In this document: positions 1 to 15,000 of the stretch, one piece after another | How positions within the stretch are numbered: position 1 is the first letter of the stretch | Layout: each line of letters opens with the position of its first letter | Source of the DNA: Eledone cirrhosa | Taxonomy: Eukaryota | DNA: 64,000 nucleotides | Assembly: GCA_964016885.1 (NCBI GenBank) | Contig: OZ024759.1 | Span: 6,324,001 to 6,388,000, forward strand | Reading direction: 5' to 3' | Translations under genes and position numbers: made by a program | Notes under the pieces: model-generated | Told to the model about the DNA's origin: nothing | The model's input: only the letters and a program-made list of their open reading frames with translations | Database searches by the model: none

Positions 1-3000
1 TAGCTGTCACTAGGTACCACAGTAAGGTACAGTCCACCTAGTTGTCACTAGGTACCACAGTAAGGTAGAGTCCACCTAGCTGTCACTAGGTACCACATTA
101 AGGTACAGTCCACCTAGCCGTCACTAGGTACCACAGTAAGGTACAGTCCACCTAGCTGTCACTAGGTACCACAGTAAGGTACAGTCCACCTAGCTGTCAG
201 TAGGTACCACAGTAAGGTACAGTCCACCTAGTTGTCACTAGGTACCACAGTAAGGTACAGTCCACCTAGCTGTCACTAGGTACCACTATAAGGTACAGTC
301 CACCTAGCTGTCACTAGGTACCACAGTAAGGTACAGTCCACCTAGCTGTCACTAGGTACCACAGTAAGGTACAGTCCACCTAGCTGTCACTAGGTACCAC
401 AGTAAGGTACAGTCCACCTAGCTGTCAGTAGGTACCACAGTAAGGTACAGTCCACCTAGCTGTCACTAGGTACCACAGTAAGGTACAGTCCACCTAGCTG
501 TCACTAGGTACCACAGTAAGGTACAGTCCACCTAGCTGTCACTAGGTACCACAGTAAGGTACAGTCCACCTAGCTGTCACTAGGTACCACTATAAGGTAC
601 AGTCCACCTAGCTGTCACTAGGTACCAAAGTAAGGTACAGTCCACCTAACTGTCAGTAGGTACCACAGTAAGGTACAGTCCACCTAGCTGTCACTAGGTA
701 CCACAGTAAGGTACAGTCCACCTAGCTGTCACTAGGTACCACAGTAAGGTACAGTCCACCTAGCTGTCACTAGGTACCACTATAACGTACAGTCCACCTA
801 GCTGTCACTAGGTACCACTATAAGGTACAGTCCACCTAGCTGTCAGTAGGTACCACAGTAAGGTACAGTCCACCTAGCTGTCACTAGGTACCACAGTAAG
901 GTACAGTCCACCTAGCTGTCACTAGGTACCACAGTAAGGTAGAGTCCACCTAGCTGTCACTAGGTACCACAGTAAGGTACAGTCCACCTAGCTGTCACTA
1001 TGTACCACAGTAAGGTACAGTCCACCTAGCTGTCACTAGGTACCACAGTAAGGAACAGTCCACCTAGCTGTCACTAGGTACCACAGTAAGGTACAGTCCA
1101 CCTAGCTGTCACTAGGTACCACAGTAAACTACAGTCCACCTAGCTGTCACTAGGTACCACAGTAAGGTACAGTCCACCTGGCTGTCACTAGGTACCACAG
1201 TAAGGTACAGTCCACCTAGCTGTCACTAGGTACCACAGTAAACTACAGTCCACCTAGCTGTCACTAGGTACCACAGTAAGGTACAGTCCACCTAGCTGTC
1301 ACTAGGTACCACAGTAAGGTACAGTCCACCTAACTGTCACTAGGTACCACAGTAAGGTACAGTCCACCTAGCTGTCACTAGGTACCAAAGTAAGGTACAG
1401 TCCACCTAGCTCTCACTAGGTACCACAATAAGGTACAGTCCACCTAGCTGTCACTAGGTACCACAGTAAGGTACAGTCCACCTAGCTGTCACTAGGTACC
1501 ACATTAAGGTACAGTCCACCTAGCTGTCACTAGGTACCACAGTAAGGTACAGTCCACCTAGCTGTCACTAGGTACCATTATAAGGTACAGTCCACCTAGC
1601 TGTCACTAGGTACCAAAGTAAGGTACAGTCCACCTAGCTGTCACTAGGTACCACAGTAAGGTACAGTCCACCTAGCTGTCACTAGGTACCACAGTAAGGT
1701 AGAATCCACCTAGCTGTCACTAGGTACCACAGTAAGGTAGAGTCCACCTAGTTGTCACTAGGTACCACAGTAAGGTAGAGTCCACCTAGTTGTCACTAGG
1801 TACCACAGTAAGGTAGAGTCCACCTAGCTGTCAGTAGGTACCACTATAAGGTACAGTCCACCTAGCTGTCAGTAGGTACCACAGTAAGGTAGAGTCCACC
1901 TAGCTGTCACTAGGTACCACAGTAAGGTAGAGTCCACCTAGTTGTCACTAGGTACCACTATAACGTACAGTCCACCTAGCTGTCAGTAGGTACCACAGTA
2001 AGGTACAGTCCACCTAGCTGTCACTAGGTACCACAGTAAGGTACAGTCCACCTAGCTGTCACTAGGTACCACTATAACGTACAGTCCACCTAGCTGTCAC
2101 TAGGTACCACAGTAAGGTACAGTCCACCTAGCTGTCACTAGGTACCACAGTAAGGTACAGTCCACCTAGCTGTCACTAGGTACCACAGTAAGGTACAGTC
2201 CACCTAGCTGTCACTAGGTACCACAGTAAACTACAGTCCACCTAGCTGTCACTAGGTACCACAGTAAGGTACAGTCCACCTAGCTGTCACTAGGTACCAC
2301 AGTAAGGTACAGTCCACCTAGCTGTCAGTAGGTACCACAGTAAGGTACAGTCCACCTAGCTGTCAGTAGGTACCACAGTAAGATACAGTCCACCTAGCTG
2401 TCACTAGGTACCACAGTAAGGTACAGTCCACCTAGCTGTCACTAGGTACCACAGTAAGGTACAGTCCACCTAGCTGTCACTAGGTACCACAGTAAGGTAT
2501 AGTCCACCTAGCTGTCACTAGGTACCACAGTAAGGTACAGTCCACCTAGCTGTTACTAGGTACCACAGTAAGGTACAGTCCACCTAGCTGTCACTAGGGA
2601 CCACAGTAAGATACAGTCCACCTAGCTGTCACTAGGTACCAAAGTAAGGTACAGTCCACCTAGCTGTCACTAGGTACCACAGTAAGGTAAAGTCCACCTA
2701 GCTGTTACTAGGTACCACAGTAAGGTACAGTCCACCTAGCTGTCACTAGGGACCACAGTAAGGTACAGTCCACCTAGCTGTCACTAGGTACCACAGTAAG
2801 GTACAGTCCACCTAGCTGTCAGTAGGTACCACAGTAAGGTACAGTCCACCTAGCTGTCACTAGGTACCAAAGTAAGGTACAGTCCACCTAGCTGTCACTA
2901 GGGACCACAGTAAGGTACAGTCCACCTAGCTGTCAGTAGGTACCACAGTAAGGTACAGTCCACCTAGCTGTCAGTAGGTACCACAGTAAGATACAGTCCA

Positions 3001-6000
3001 CCTAGCTGTCACTAGGTACCACAGTAAGGTACAGTCCACCTAGCTGTCACTAGGTACCACAGTAAGGTACAGTCCACCTAGCTCTCACTAGGTACCACAA
3101 TAAAGTACAGTCCACCTAGCTGTCACTAGGTACCACAGTAAGGTACAGTCCACCTAGCTGTCACTAGGTACCACAATAAGGTACAGTCCACCTAGCTGTC
3201 ACTAGGTACCACAGTAAGGTACAGTCCACCTAGCTGTCAGTAGGTACTACAGTAAGGTACAGTCCACCTAGCTGTCACTAGGTACCACAGTAAGGTACAG
3301 TCCACCTAGCTCTCACTAGGTACCACAATAAGGTACAGTCCACCTAGCTGTCACTAGGTACCACAGTAAGGTACAGTCTGCCTAGGTGTCACTAGGTAGA
3401 ACAGTAAGGTACAGTCCACCTAGCTGTCAGTAGGTACCACAGTAAGGTACAGTCCACCTAGCTGTCACTAGGTACCACATTAAGGTACAGTCCACCTAGC
3501 TGTCACTAGGTACCACTATAAGGTACAGTCCACCTAGCTGTCACTAGGTACCAAAGTAAGGTACAGTCCACCTAGCTGTCACTAGGTACCACAGTAAGGT
3601 ACAGTCCACCTAGCTGTCACTAGGTACCACAGTAAGGTAGAGTCCACCTAGCTGTCACTAGGTACCACAGTAAGGTACAGTCCACCTAGTTGTCACTAGG
3701 TACCACAGTAAGGTAGAGTCCACCTAGCTGTCACTAGGTACCACAGTAAGATACAGTCCACCTAGCTGTCACTAGGTACCACAGTAAGGTACAGTCCACC
3801 TAGCTGTCACTAGGTACCACAGTAAGGTACAGTCCACCTAGCTGTCACTAGGTACCACAGTAAGGTATAGTCCACCTAGCTGTCACTAGGTACCACAGTA
3901 AGGTACAGTCCACCTAGCTGTTACTAGGTACCACAGTAAGGTACAGTCCACCTAGCTGTCACTAGGGACCACAGTAAGGTACAGTCCACCTAGCTGTCAC
4001 TAGGTACCAAAGTAAGGTACAGTCCACCTAGCTGTCACTAGGTACCACAGTAAGGTAAAGTCCACCTAGCTGTTACTAGGTACCAAAGTAAGGTACAGTC
4101 CACCTAGCTGTCACTAGGTACCACAGTAAGGTACAGTCCACCTAGCTCTCACTAGGTACCACAATAAAGTACAGTCCACCTAGCTGTCACTAGGTACCAC
4201 AGTAAGGTACAGTCCACCTAGCTGTCACTAGGTACCACAATAAGGTACAGTCCACCTAGCTGTCAGTAGGTACTACAGTAAGGTACAGTCCACCTAGCTG
4301 TCACTAGGTACCACAGTAAGGTACAGTCCACCTAGCTCTCACTAGGTACCACAATAAGGTACAGTCCACCTAGCTGTCACTAGGTACCACAGTAAGGTAC
4401 AGTCCACCTAGCTGTCAGTAGGTACTACAGTAAGGTACAGTCCACCTAGCTGTCACTAGGTACCACAGTAAGGTACAGTCCACCTAGCTCTCACTAGGTA
4501 CCACAATAAGGTACAGTCCACCTAGCTGTCACTAGGTACCACAGTAAGGTACAGTCTGCCTAGGTGTCACTAGGTAGAACAGTAAGGTACAGTCCACCTA
4601 GCTGTCAGTAGGTACCACATTAAGGTACAGTCCACCTAGCTGTCACTAGGTACCACTATAAGGTACAGTCCACCTAGCTGTCACTAGGTACCAAATTAAG
4701 GTACAGTCCACCTAGCTGTCACTAGGTACCACAGTAAGGTACAGTCCACCTAGCTGTCACTAGGTACCACAGTAAGGTACAGTCCACCTAGCTGTCAGTA
4801 GGTACCACAGTAAGGTACAGTCCACCTAGCTGTCAGTAGGTACCACAGTAAGATACAGTCCACCTAGCTGTCACTAGGTACCACAGTAAGGTACAGTCCA
4901 CCTAGCTGTCACTAGGTACCACAGTAAGGTACAGTCCACCTAGCTCTCACTAGGTACCACAATAAAGTACAGTCCACCTAGCTGTCACTAGGTACCACAG
5001 TAAGGTACAGTCCACCTAGCTGTCACTAGGTACCACAATAAGGTACAGTCCACCTAGCTGTCAGTAGGTACTACAGTAAGGTACAGTCCACCTAGCTGTC
5101 ACTAGGTACCACAGTAAGGTACAGTCCACCTAGCTCTCACTAGGTATCACAATAAGGTACAGTCCACCTAGCTGTCACTAGGTACCACAGTAAGGTACAG
5201 TCCACCTAGCTGTCAGTAGGTACTACAGTAAGGTACAGTCCACCTAGCTGTCACTAGGTACCACAGTAAGGTACAGTCCACCTAGCTCTCACTAGGTACC
5301 ACAATAAGGTACAGTCCACCTAGCTGTCACTAGGTACCACAGTAAGGTACAGTCTGCCTAGGTGTCACTAGGTAGAACAGTAAGGTACAGTCCAACTAGC
5401 TGTCAGTAGGTACCACAGTAAGGTACAGTCCACCTAGCTGTCACTAGGTACCACATTAAGGTACAGTCCACCTAGCTGTCACTAGGTACCACTATAAGGT
5501 ACAGTCCACCTAGCTGTCACTAGGTACCAAAGTAAGGTACAGTCCACCTAGCTGTCACTAGGTACCACAGTAAGGTACAGTCCACCTAGCTGTCACTAGG
5601 TACCACAGTAAGGTAGAGTCCACCTAGCTGTCACTAGGTACCACAGTAAGGTACAGTCCACCTAGTTGTCACTAGGTACCACAGTAAGGTAGAGTCCACC
5701 TAGCTGTCACTAGGTACCACATTAAGGTACAGTCCACCTAGCTGTCACTAGGTACCACAGTAAGGTACAGTCCACCTAGCTGTCACTAGGTACCACAGTA
5801 AGGTACAGTCCACCTAGCTGTCAGTAGGTACCACAGTAAGGTACACTCCACCTAGCTGTCACTAGGTACCACAGTAAGGTACAGTCCACCTAGCTGTCAC
5901 TAGGTACCACTATAAGGTACAGTCCACCTAGCTGTCACTAGGTACCACAGTAAGGTACAGTCCACCTAGCTGTCACTAGGTACCACAGTAAGGTACAGTC

Positions 6001-9000
6001 CACCTAGCTGTCACTAGGTACCACAGTAAGGTACAGTCCACCTAGCTGTCAGTAGGTACCACAGTAAGGTACAGTCCACCTAGCTGTCACTAGGTACCAC
6101 AGTAAGGTACAGTCCACCTAGCTGTCACTAGGTACCACAGTAAGGTACAGTCCACCTAGCTGTCACTAGGTACCACAGTAAGGTACAGTCCACCTAGCTG
6201 TCACTAGGTACCACTATAAGGTACAGTCCACCTAGCTGTCACTAGGTACCAAAGTAAGGTACAGTCCACCTAACTGTCAGTAGGTACCACAGTAAGGTAC
6301 AGTCCACCTAGCTGTCACTAGGTACCACAGTAAGTTACAGTCCACCTAGCTGTCACTAGGTACCACAGTAAGGTACAGTCCACCTAGCTGTCACTAGGTA
6401 CCACAGTAAGATACAGTCCACCTAGCTGTCACTAGGTACCACAGTAAGGTACAGTCCACCTAGCTGTCACTAGGTACCACAGTAAGATACAGTCCACCTA
6501 GCTGTCACTAGGTACCACAGTAAGGAACAGTCCACCTAGCTGTCACTAGGTACCACAGTAAGGTACAGTCCACCTAGCTGTCACTAGGTACCACAGTAAA
6601 CTACAGTCCACCTAGCTGTCACTAGGTACCACAGTAAGGTACAGTCCACCTAGCTGTCACTAGGTACCACAGTAAGGTACAGTCCACCTAGCTGTCACTA
6701 GGTACCACAGTAAGGTAGAGTCCACCTAGCTGTCACTAGGTACCACAGTAAGGTAGAGTCCACCTAGTTGTCACTAGGTACCACAGTAAGGTAGAGTCCA
6801 CCTAGTTGTCACTAGGTACCACAGTAAGGTAGAGTCCACCTAGCTGTCAGTAGGTACCACTAGAAGGTACAGTCCACCTAGCTGTCACTAGGTACCACAG
6901 TAAGGTACAGTCCACCTAGCTGTCACTAGGTACCACAGTAAGGTACAGTCCGCCTAACTGTCACTAGGTACCACAGTAAGGTACAGTCCACCTAGCTGTC
7001 ACTAGGTACCACACTAAGGTACAGTCCACCTAACTGTCACTAGGTACCACAGTAAGGTACAGTCCACCTAGCTGTCACTAGGTACCACAGTAGGGTACAG
7101 TCCACCTAGCTGTCACTAGGTACCAAAGTAAGGTACAGTCCACCTAGCTCTCACTAGGTACCACAATAAGGTACAGTCCACCTAGCTGTCACTAGGTACC
7201 ACAGTAAGGTACAGTCCACCTAGCTGTCACTAGGTACCACATTAAGGTACAGTCCACCTAGCTGTCACTAGGTACCACAGTAAGGTACAGTCCACCTAGC
7301 TGTCACTAGGTACCACTATAAGGTACAGTCCACCTAGCTGTCACTAGGTACCAAAGTAAGGTACAGTCCACCTAGCTGTCACTAGGTACCACAGTAAGGT
7401 ACAGTCCACCTAGCTGTCACTAGGTACCACAGTAAGGTAGAGTCCACCTAGCTGTCACTAGGTACCACAGTAAGGTAGAGTCCACCTAGTTGTCACTAGG
7501 TACCACAGTAAGGTAGAGTCCACCTAGTTGTCACTAGGTACCACAGTAAGGTAGAGTCCACCTAGCTGTCAGTAGGTACCACTATAAGGTACAGTCCACC
7601 TAGCTGTCAGTAGGTACCACTATAAGGTACAGTCCACCTAGCTGTCAGTAGGTACCACAGTAAGGTACAGTCCACCTAGCTGTCACTAGGTACCACAGTA
7701 AGGTACAGTCCACCTAGCTGTCACTAGGTACCACAGTAAGGTACAGTCCACCTAGCTGTCACTAGGTACCACTATAACGTACAGTCCACCTAGCTGTCAC
7801 TAGGTACCACAGTAAGGTACAGTCCACCTAGCTGTCACTAGGTACCACAGTAAGGTACAGTCCACCTAGCTGTCACTAGGTACCACAGTAAGGTACACTC
7901 CACCTAGCTGTCACTAGGTACCACAGTAAACTACAGTCCACCTAGCTGTCACTAGGTACCACAGTAAGGTACAGTCCACCTAGCTGTCACTAGGTACCAC
8001 AGTAAGGTACAGTCCACCTAGCTGTCAGTAGGTACCACAGTAAGGTACAGTCCACCTAGCTGTCAGTAGGTACCACAGTAAGATACAGTCCACCTAGCTG
8101 TCACTAGGTACCACAGTAAGGTACAGTCCACCTAGCTGTCACTAGGTACCACAGTAAGGTTCAGTCCACCTAGCTGTCACTAGGTACCACAGTAAGGTAT
8201 AGTCCACCTAGCTGTCACTAGGTACCACAGTAAGGTACAGTCCACCTAGCTGTTACTAGGTACCACAGTAAGGTACAGTCCACCTAGCTGTCACTAGGGA
8301 CCACAGTAAGGTACAGTCCACCTAGCTGTCACTAGGTACCAAAGTAAGGTACAGTCCACCTAGCTGTCACTAGGTACCACAGTAAGGTAAAGTCCACCTA
8401 GCTGTTACTAGGTACCACAGTAAGGTACAGTCCACCTAGCTGTCACTAGGGACCACAGTAAGGTACAGTCCACCTAGCTGTCACTAGGTACCACAGTAAG
8501 GTACAGTCCACCTAGCTGTCAGTAGGTACCACAGTAAGGTACAGTCCACCTAGCTGTCACTAGGTACCAAAGTAAGGTACAGTCCACCTAGCTGTCACTA
8601 GGGACCACAGTAAGGTACAGTCCACCTAGCTGTCAGTAGGTACCACAGTAAGGTACAGTCCACCTAGCTGTCAGTAGGTACCACAGTAAGATACAGTCCA
8701 CCTAGCTGTCACTAGGTACCACAGTAAGGTACAGTCCACCTAGCTGTCACTAGGTACCACAGTAAGGTACAGTCCACCTAGCTCTCACTAGGTACCACAA
8801 TAAAGTACAGTCCACCTAGCTGTCACTAGGTACCACAGTAAGGTACAGTCCACCTAGCTGTCACTAGGTACCACAATAAGGTACAGTCCACCTAGCTGTC
8901 ACTAGGTACCACAGTAAGGTACAGTCCACCTAGCTGTCAGTAGGTACTACAGTAAGGTACAGTCCACCTAGCTGTCACTAGGTACCACAGTAAGGTACAG

Positions 9001-12000
9001 TCCACCTAGCTCTCACTAGGTACCACAATAAGGTACAGTCCACCTAGCTGTCACTAGGTACCACAGTAAGGTACAGTCCACCTAGCTGTCACTAGGTACC
9101 ACAGTAAGGTACAGTCCACCTAGCTGTCAGTAGGTACCACAGTAAGGTACAGTCCACCAAGCTGTCACTAGGTACCACATTAAGGTACAGTCCACCTAGC
9201 TGTCAGTAGGTACCACAATAAGGTACAGTCCACCTAGCTGTCACTAGTTACCACTATAAGGTACAGCCCACCTAGCTGTCACTAGGTACCACAGTAAGGT
9301 ACAGTCCACCTAGCTGTCATTAGGTACCACAGTAAGATACAGTCCACCTAGCTGTCACTAGGTACCACAGTAAAGTACAGTCCCCCTAGCTGTCAGTAGG
9401 TACCACAGTAAGGTACAGTCCACCTAGCTGTCACTAGGTACCACAGTAAGGTACAGTCCACCTAGCTGACAGTAGGTACCACAGTAAGGTACAGTCCCCC
9501 TAACTGTCAGTAGGTACCACAGTAAGGTACAGTCCACCTAGCTGTCACTAGGTACCACAGTAAGGAACAGTCCACCTAGCTGTCAGTAGGTACTACAGTA
9601 AGGTACAGTCCAATAGCTGTCAGTAGGTACCACAGTAAGGTACAGTCCACCTAGCTGTCACTAGGTACTACAGTAAGGTACAGTCCACCTAGCTGTCAGT
9701 AGGTACCACAGTAAGGTACAGTCCACCTAGCTGTCACTAGGTACCACAGTAAGGTACAGTCCACCTAGCTGACAGTAGGTACCACAGTAAGGTACAGTCC
9801 ACCTAGCTGTCACTAGGTACCACAGTAAGGTACAGTCCACCTAGCTGTCAGTAGGTACCACAGTAAGGTATAGTCCACCTAGTTGTCAGTAGGTACCACA
9901 GTAAGGTACAGTCCACCTAGCTGTCACTAGGTACCACAGTAAGGTACAGTCCACCTAGCTGACAGTAGGTACCACAGTAAGGTACAGTCCCCCTAACTGT
10001 CAGTAGGTACCACAGTAAGGTACAGTCCCCCTAGCTGTCACTAGGTACCACAGTAAGGTACAGTCCACCTAGCTGTCACTAGGTACCACAGTAAGGTACA
10101 GTCCACCTAGCTGACAGTAGGTACCACAGTAAGGTACAGTCCCCCTAACTGTCAGTAGGTACCACAGTAAGGTACAGTCCCCCTAGCTGTCACTAGGTAC
10201 CACAGTAAGGTACAGTCCACCTAGCTGTCACTAGGTACCACAGTAAGGTACAGTCCACCTAGCTGTCACTAGGTACTACAGTAAGGTACAGTCCAATAGC
10301 TGTCAGTAGGTACCACAGTAAGGTACAGTCCACCTAGCTGTCAGTAGGTACTACAGTAAGGTACAGTCCACCTAGCTGTCACTAGGTACCACAGTAAGGT
10401 ACAGTCCACCTAGCTGTCACTAGGTACTACAGTAAGGTACAGTCCACCTAGCTGTCAGTAGGTACCACAGTAAGGTATAGTCCACCTAGTTGTCAGTAGG
10501 TACCACAGTAAGGTACAGTCCACCTAGCTGTCACTAGGTACCACAGTAAGGTACAGTCCACCTAGCTGTCACTAGGTACCACAGTAAGGTACAGTCCACC
10601 TAGCTGTCAGCAGGTACCACAGTAAGGTACAGTCCACCTAGCTGTCACTAGGTACTACAGTAAGGTACAGTCCACCTAGCTGTCAGTAGGTACCACAGTA
10701 AGGTATAGTCCACCTAGTTGTCAGTAGGTACCACAGTAAGGTACAGTCCACCTAGCTGTCACTAGGTACCACAGTAAGGTACAGTCCACCTAGCTGTCAC
10801 TAGGTACCACAGTAAGGTACAGTCCACCTAGCTGTCACTAGGTACCACAGTAGGGTACAGTCCACCTAGCTGTCACTAGGTAACACAGTAGGGTACAGTC
10901 CACCTAGCTGTCACTAGGTACCACATAAAGGTAGAGTCCACCTAGCTGTCAGTAGGTACCACAGTAGGGTACAGTCCACCTAGCTGTCAGTAGGAACCAC
11001 AGTAAGGTACAGTCCACCTAGCTGTCACTAGGTACCACAGTAAAGTACAGTCCACCTAGCTGTCAGTAGGTACCACAGTAAGGTACAGTCCACCTAGCTG
11101 TCACTAGGTACCACAGTAAGGTACAGTCCACCTAGCTGTCAGTAGGTACCACAGTAAAGTACAGTCCACCTAGTTGTCACTAGGTACCACAGTAAGATAC
11201 AGTCCACCTAGCTGTCAGTAGGTACCACAGTAAGGTACAGTCCACGTAGCTGTCAGTAGGTACCACAGTAAGGTACAGTCCACCTAGCTGTCAGTAGGTA
11301 CCACAGTAAAGTACAGTCCACCTAGCTGTCACTAGGTACCACAGTAAGATAAGTCCACCTAGCTGTCACTAGGTACCACAGTAAGATACAGTCCACCTAG
11401 CTGTCAGTAGGTACCACAGTAAGGTACAGTCCACCTAGCTGTCACTAGGTACCACAGTAGGGTACAGTCCACCTAGCTGTCACTAGGTAACACAGTAGGG
11501 TACAGTCCACCTAGCTGTCACTAGGTACCACAGTAAGGTACAGTCCACCTAGCTGTCACTAGGTACCACAGTAAGGTAGTCCACCTAGCTGTCAGTAGGT
11601 ACCACAGTAAGGTACAGTCCACCTAGCTGTCAGTAGGTACCACAGTAAGGTACAGTCCACCTAGCTGTCAGTAGGTACCACAATAAGGTACAGTCCACCT
11701 AGCTGTCACTAGGTACCACAGTAGGGTACAGTCCACCTAGCTGTCACTAGGTACCACAGTAAGGTAGTCCACCTAGCTGTCACTAGGTACCACAGTAAGG
11801 TACAGTCCACCTAGCTGTCACTAGGGACCACAGTAAGGTACAGTCCACCTAGCTGTCAGTAGGTACCACAGTAAGGTACAGTCCACCTAGCTGTCAGTAG
11901 GTACCACAGTAAGGTACAGTCCACCTAGCTGTCACTAGGTACCACAGTAAGGTACAGTCCACCTAGCTGTCACTAGGTACCACAGTAAGGTACAGTCCAC

Positions 12001-15000
12001 CTAGCTGTCACTAGGTACCACAGTAGGGTACAGTCCACCTAGCTGTCACTAGGTACCACAGTAAGGTACAGTCCACCTAGCTGTTACTAGGTACCACAGT
12101 AAGGTACAGTCCACCTAGCTGTCAGTAGGTACCACAGTAAGGTACAGTCCACCAAGCTGTCACTAGGTACCACAGTAAGGTAGTCCACCTAGCTGTCAGT
12201 AGGTACCACAGTAAGGTACAGTCCACCTAGCTGTCACTAGGTACCACAGTAAGGTACAGTCCACCTAGCTGTCAGTAGGTACCACAGTAAAGTACAGTCC
12301 ACCTAGCTGTCACTAGGTACCACTATAAGGTACAGTCCACCTAGCTGTCACTAGGTACCACAGTAGGGTACAGTCCACCTAGCTGTCAGTAGGTACCACA
12401 GTAAGGTACAGTCCACCTAGCTGTCAGTAGGTACCACAGTAAGATACAGTCCACCTAGCTGTCAGTAGGTACCACAGTAAGGTACAGTCCCCCTAACTGT
12501 CAGTAGGTACCACAGTAAGGTACAGTCCCCCTAGCTGTCACTAGGTACCACAGTAAGGTACAGTCCACCTAGCTGTCACTAGGTACCACAGTAAGGTACA
12601 GTCCACCTAGCTGTCACTAGGTACTACAGTAAGGTACAGTCCAATAGCTGTCAGTAGGTACCACAGTAAGGTACAGTCCACCTAGCTGTCACTAGGTACC
12701 ACAGTAAGGTACAGTCCACCTAGCTGTCACTAGGTACTACAGTAAGGTACAGTCCACCTAGCTGTCAGTAGGTACCACAGTAAGGTATAGTCCACCTAGT
12801 TGTCAGTAGGTACCACAGTAAGGTACAGTCCACCTAGCTGTCACTAGGTACCACAGTAAGGTACAGTCCACCTAGCTGTCACTAGGTACCACAGTAAGGT
12901 ACAGTCCACCTAGCTGTCAGCAGGTACTACAGTAAGGTACAGTCCACCTAGCTGTCACTAGGTACCACAGTAAGGTACAGTCCACCTAGCTGTCACTAGG
13001 TACTACAGTAAGGTACAGTCCACCTAGCTGTCAGTAGGTACCACAGTAAGGTATAGTCCACCTAGTTGTCAGTAGGTACCACAGTAAGGTACAGTCCACC
13101 TAGCTGTCACTAGGTACCACAGTAAGGTACAGTCCACCTAGCTGTCACTAGGTACCACAGTAAGGTACAGTCCACCTAGCTGTCACTAGGTACCACAGTA
13201 GGGTACAGTCCACCTAGCTGTCACTAGGTAACACAGTAGGGTACAGTCCACCTAGCTGTCACTAGGTACCACATAAAGGTAGAGTCCACCTAGCTGTCAG
13301 TAGGTACCACAGTAGGGTACAGTCCACCTAGCTGTCAGTAGGAACCACAGTAAGGTACAGTCCACCTAGCTGTCACTAGGTACCACAGTAAAGTACAGTC
13401 CACCTAGCTGTCAGTAGGTACCACAGTAAGGTACAGTCCACCTAGCTGTCACTAGGTACCACAGTAAGGTACAGTCCACCTAGCTGTCAGTAGGTACCAC
13501 AGTAAAGTACAGTCCACCTAGTTGTCACTAGGTACCACAGTAAGATACAGTCCACCTAGCTGTCAGTAGGTACCACAGTAAGGTACAGTCCACGTAGCTG
13601 TCAGTAGGTACCACAGTAAGGTACAGTCCACCTAGCTGTCAGTAGGTACCACAGTAAAGTACAGTCCACCTAGCTGTCACTAGGTACCACAGTAAGATAC
13701 AGTCCACCTAGCTGTCACTAGGTACCACAGTAAGATACAGTCCACCTAGCTGTCAGTAGGTACCACAGTAAGGTACAGTCCACCTAGCTGTCACTAGGTA
13801 CCACAGTAGGGTACAGTCCACCTAGCTGTCACTAGGTAACACAGTAGGTTACAGTCCACCTAGCTGTCACTAGGTACCACAGTAAGGTACAGTCCACCTA
13901 GCTGTCACTAGGTACCACAGTAAGGTAGTCCACCTAGCTGTCAGTAGGTACCACAGTAAGGTACAGTCCACCTAGCTGTCAGTAGGTACCACAGTAAGGT
14001 ACAGTCCACCTAGCTGTCAGTAGGTACCACAATAAGGTACAGTCCACTTAGCTGTCACTAGGTACCACAGTAAGGTGCAGTCCACCTAGCTGTCACTTGG
14101 TACCGCAGTAAGGTACAGTCCATCTAGCTGTCACTAGGTACCACAGTAAGGTACAGTCCACCTAGCTGTCACTAGGTACCACAGTAAGGTACAGTACACC
14201 TAGCTGTCAGTAGGTACCACAGTAAGGTACAGTCCACCTAGCTGTCACTAGGTACCACAGTAAGGTACAGTCCACCTAGCTGTCACTAGGTACCACAGTA
14301 GGGTACAGTCCACCTAGCTGTCACTAGGTACCACAGTAAGGTACAGTCCACCTAGCTGTTACTAGGTACCACAGTAAGGTACAGTCCACCTAGCTGTCAC
14401 TAGGTACCACAGTAAGGTACAGTCCACCTAGCTGTCAGTAGGTACCACAGTAAGGTACAGTCCACCTAGCTGTCACTAGGTACCACAGTAAGGTACAGTC
14501 CACCTAGCTGTCAGTAGGTACCACAGTAAAGTACAGTCCACCTAGCTGTCACTAGGTAACACAGTAAAGTAGTCCCCCTAGCTGTCAGCAGGTACCACAG
14601 TAAGGTACAGTCCACCTAGCTGTCACTAGGTACCACAGTAGGGTACAGTCCACCTAGCTGTCAGCAGGTACCACAGTAAGGTACAGTCCACCTAGCTGTC
14701 AGTAGGTACCACAGTAAGGTACAGTCCACCTAGCTGTCAGTAGGTACCACAGTAAGGTACAGTCCACCTAGCTGTCACTAGGTACCACAGTAAGGTACAG
14801 TCCACCTAGCTGTCACTAGGTACCACAGTAAGGTACAGTCCACCTAGCTGTCACTAGGTACCACAGTAGGGTACAGTCCACCTAGCTGTCACTAGGTACC
14901 ACAGTAAGGTACAGTCCACCTAGCTGTTACTAGGTACCACAGTAAGGTACAGTCCACCTAGCTGTCAGTAGGTACCACAGTAAGGTACAGTCCACCTAGC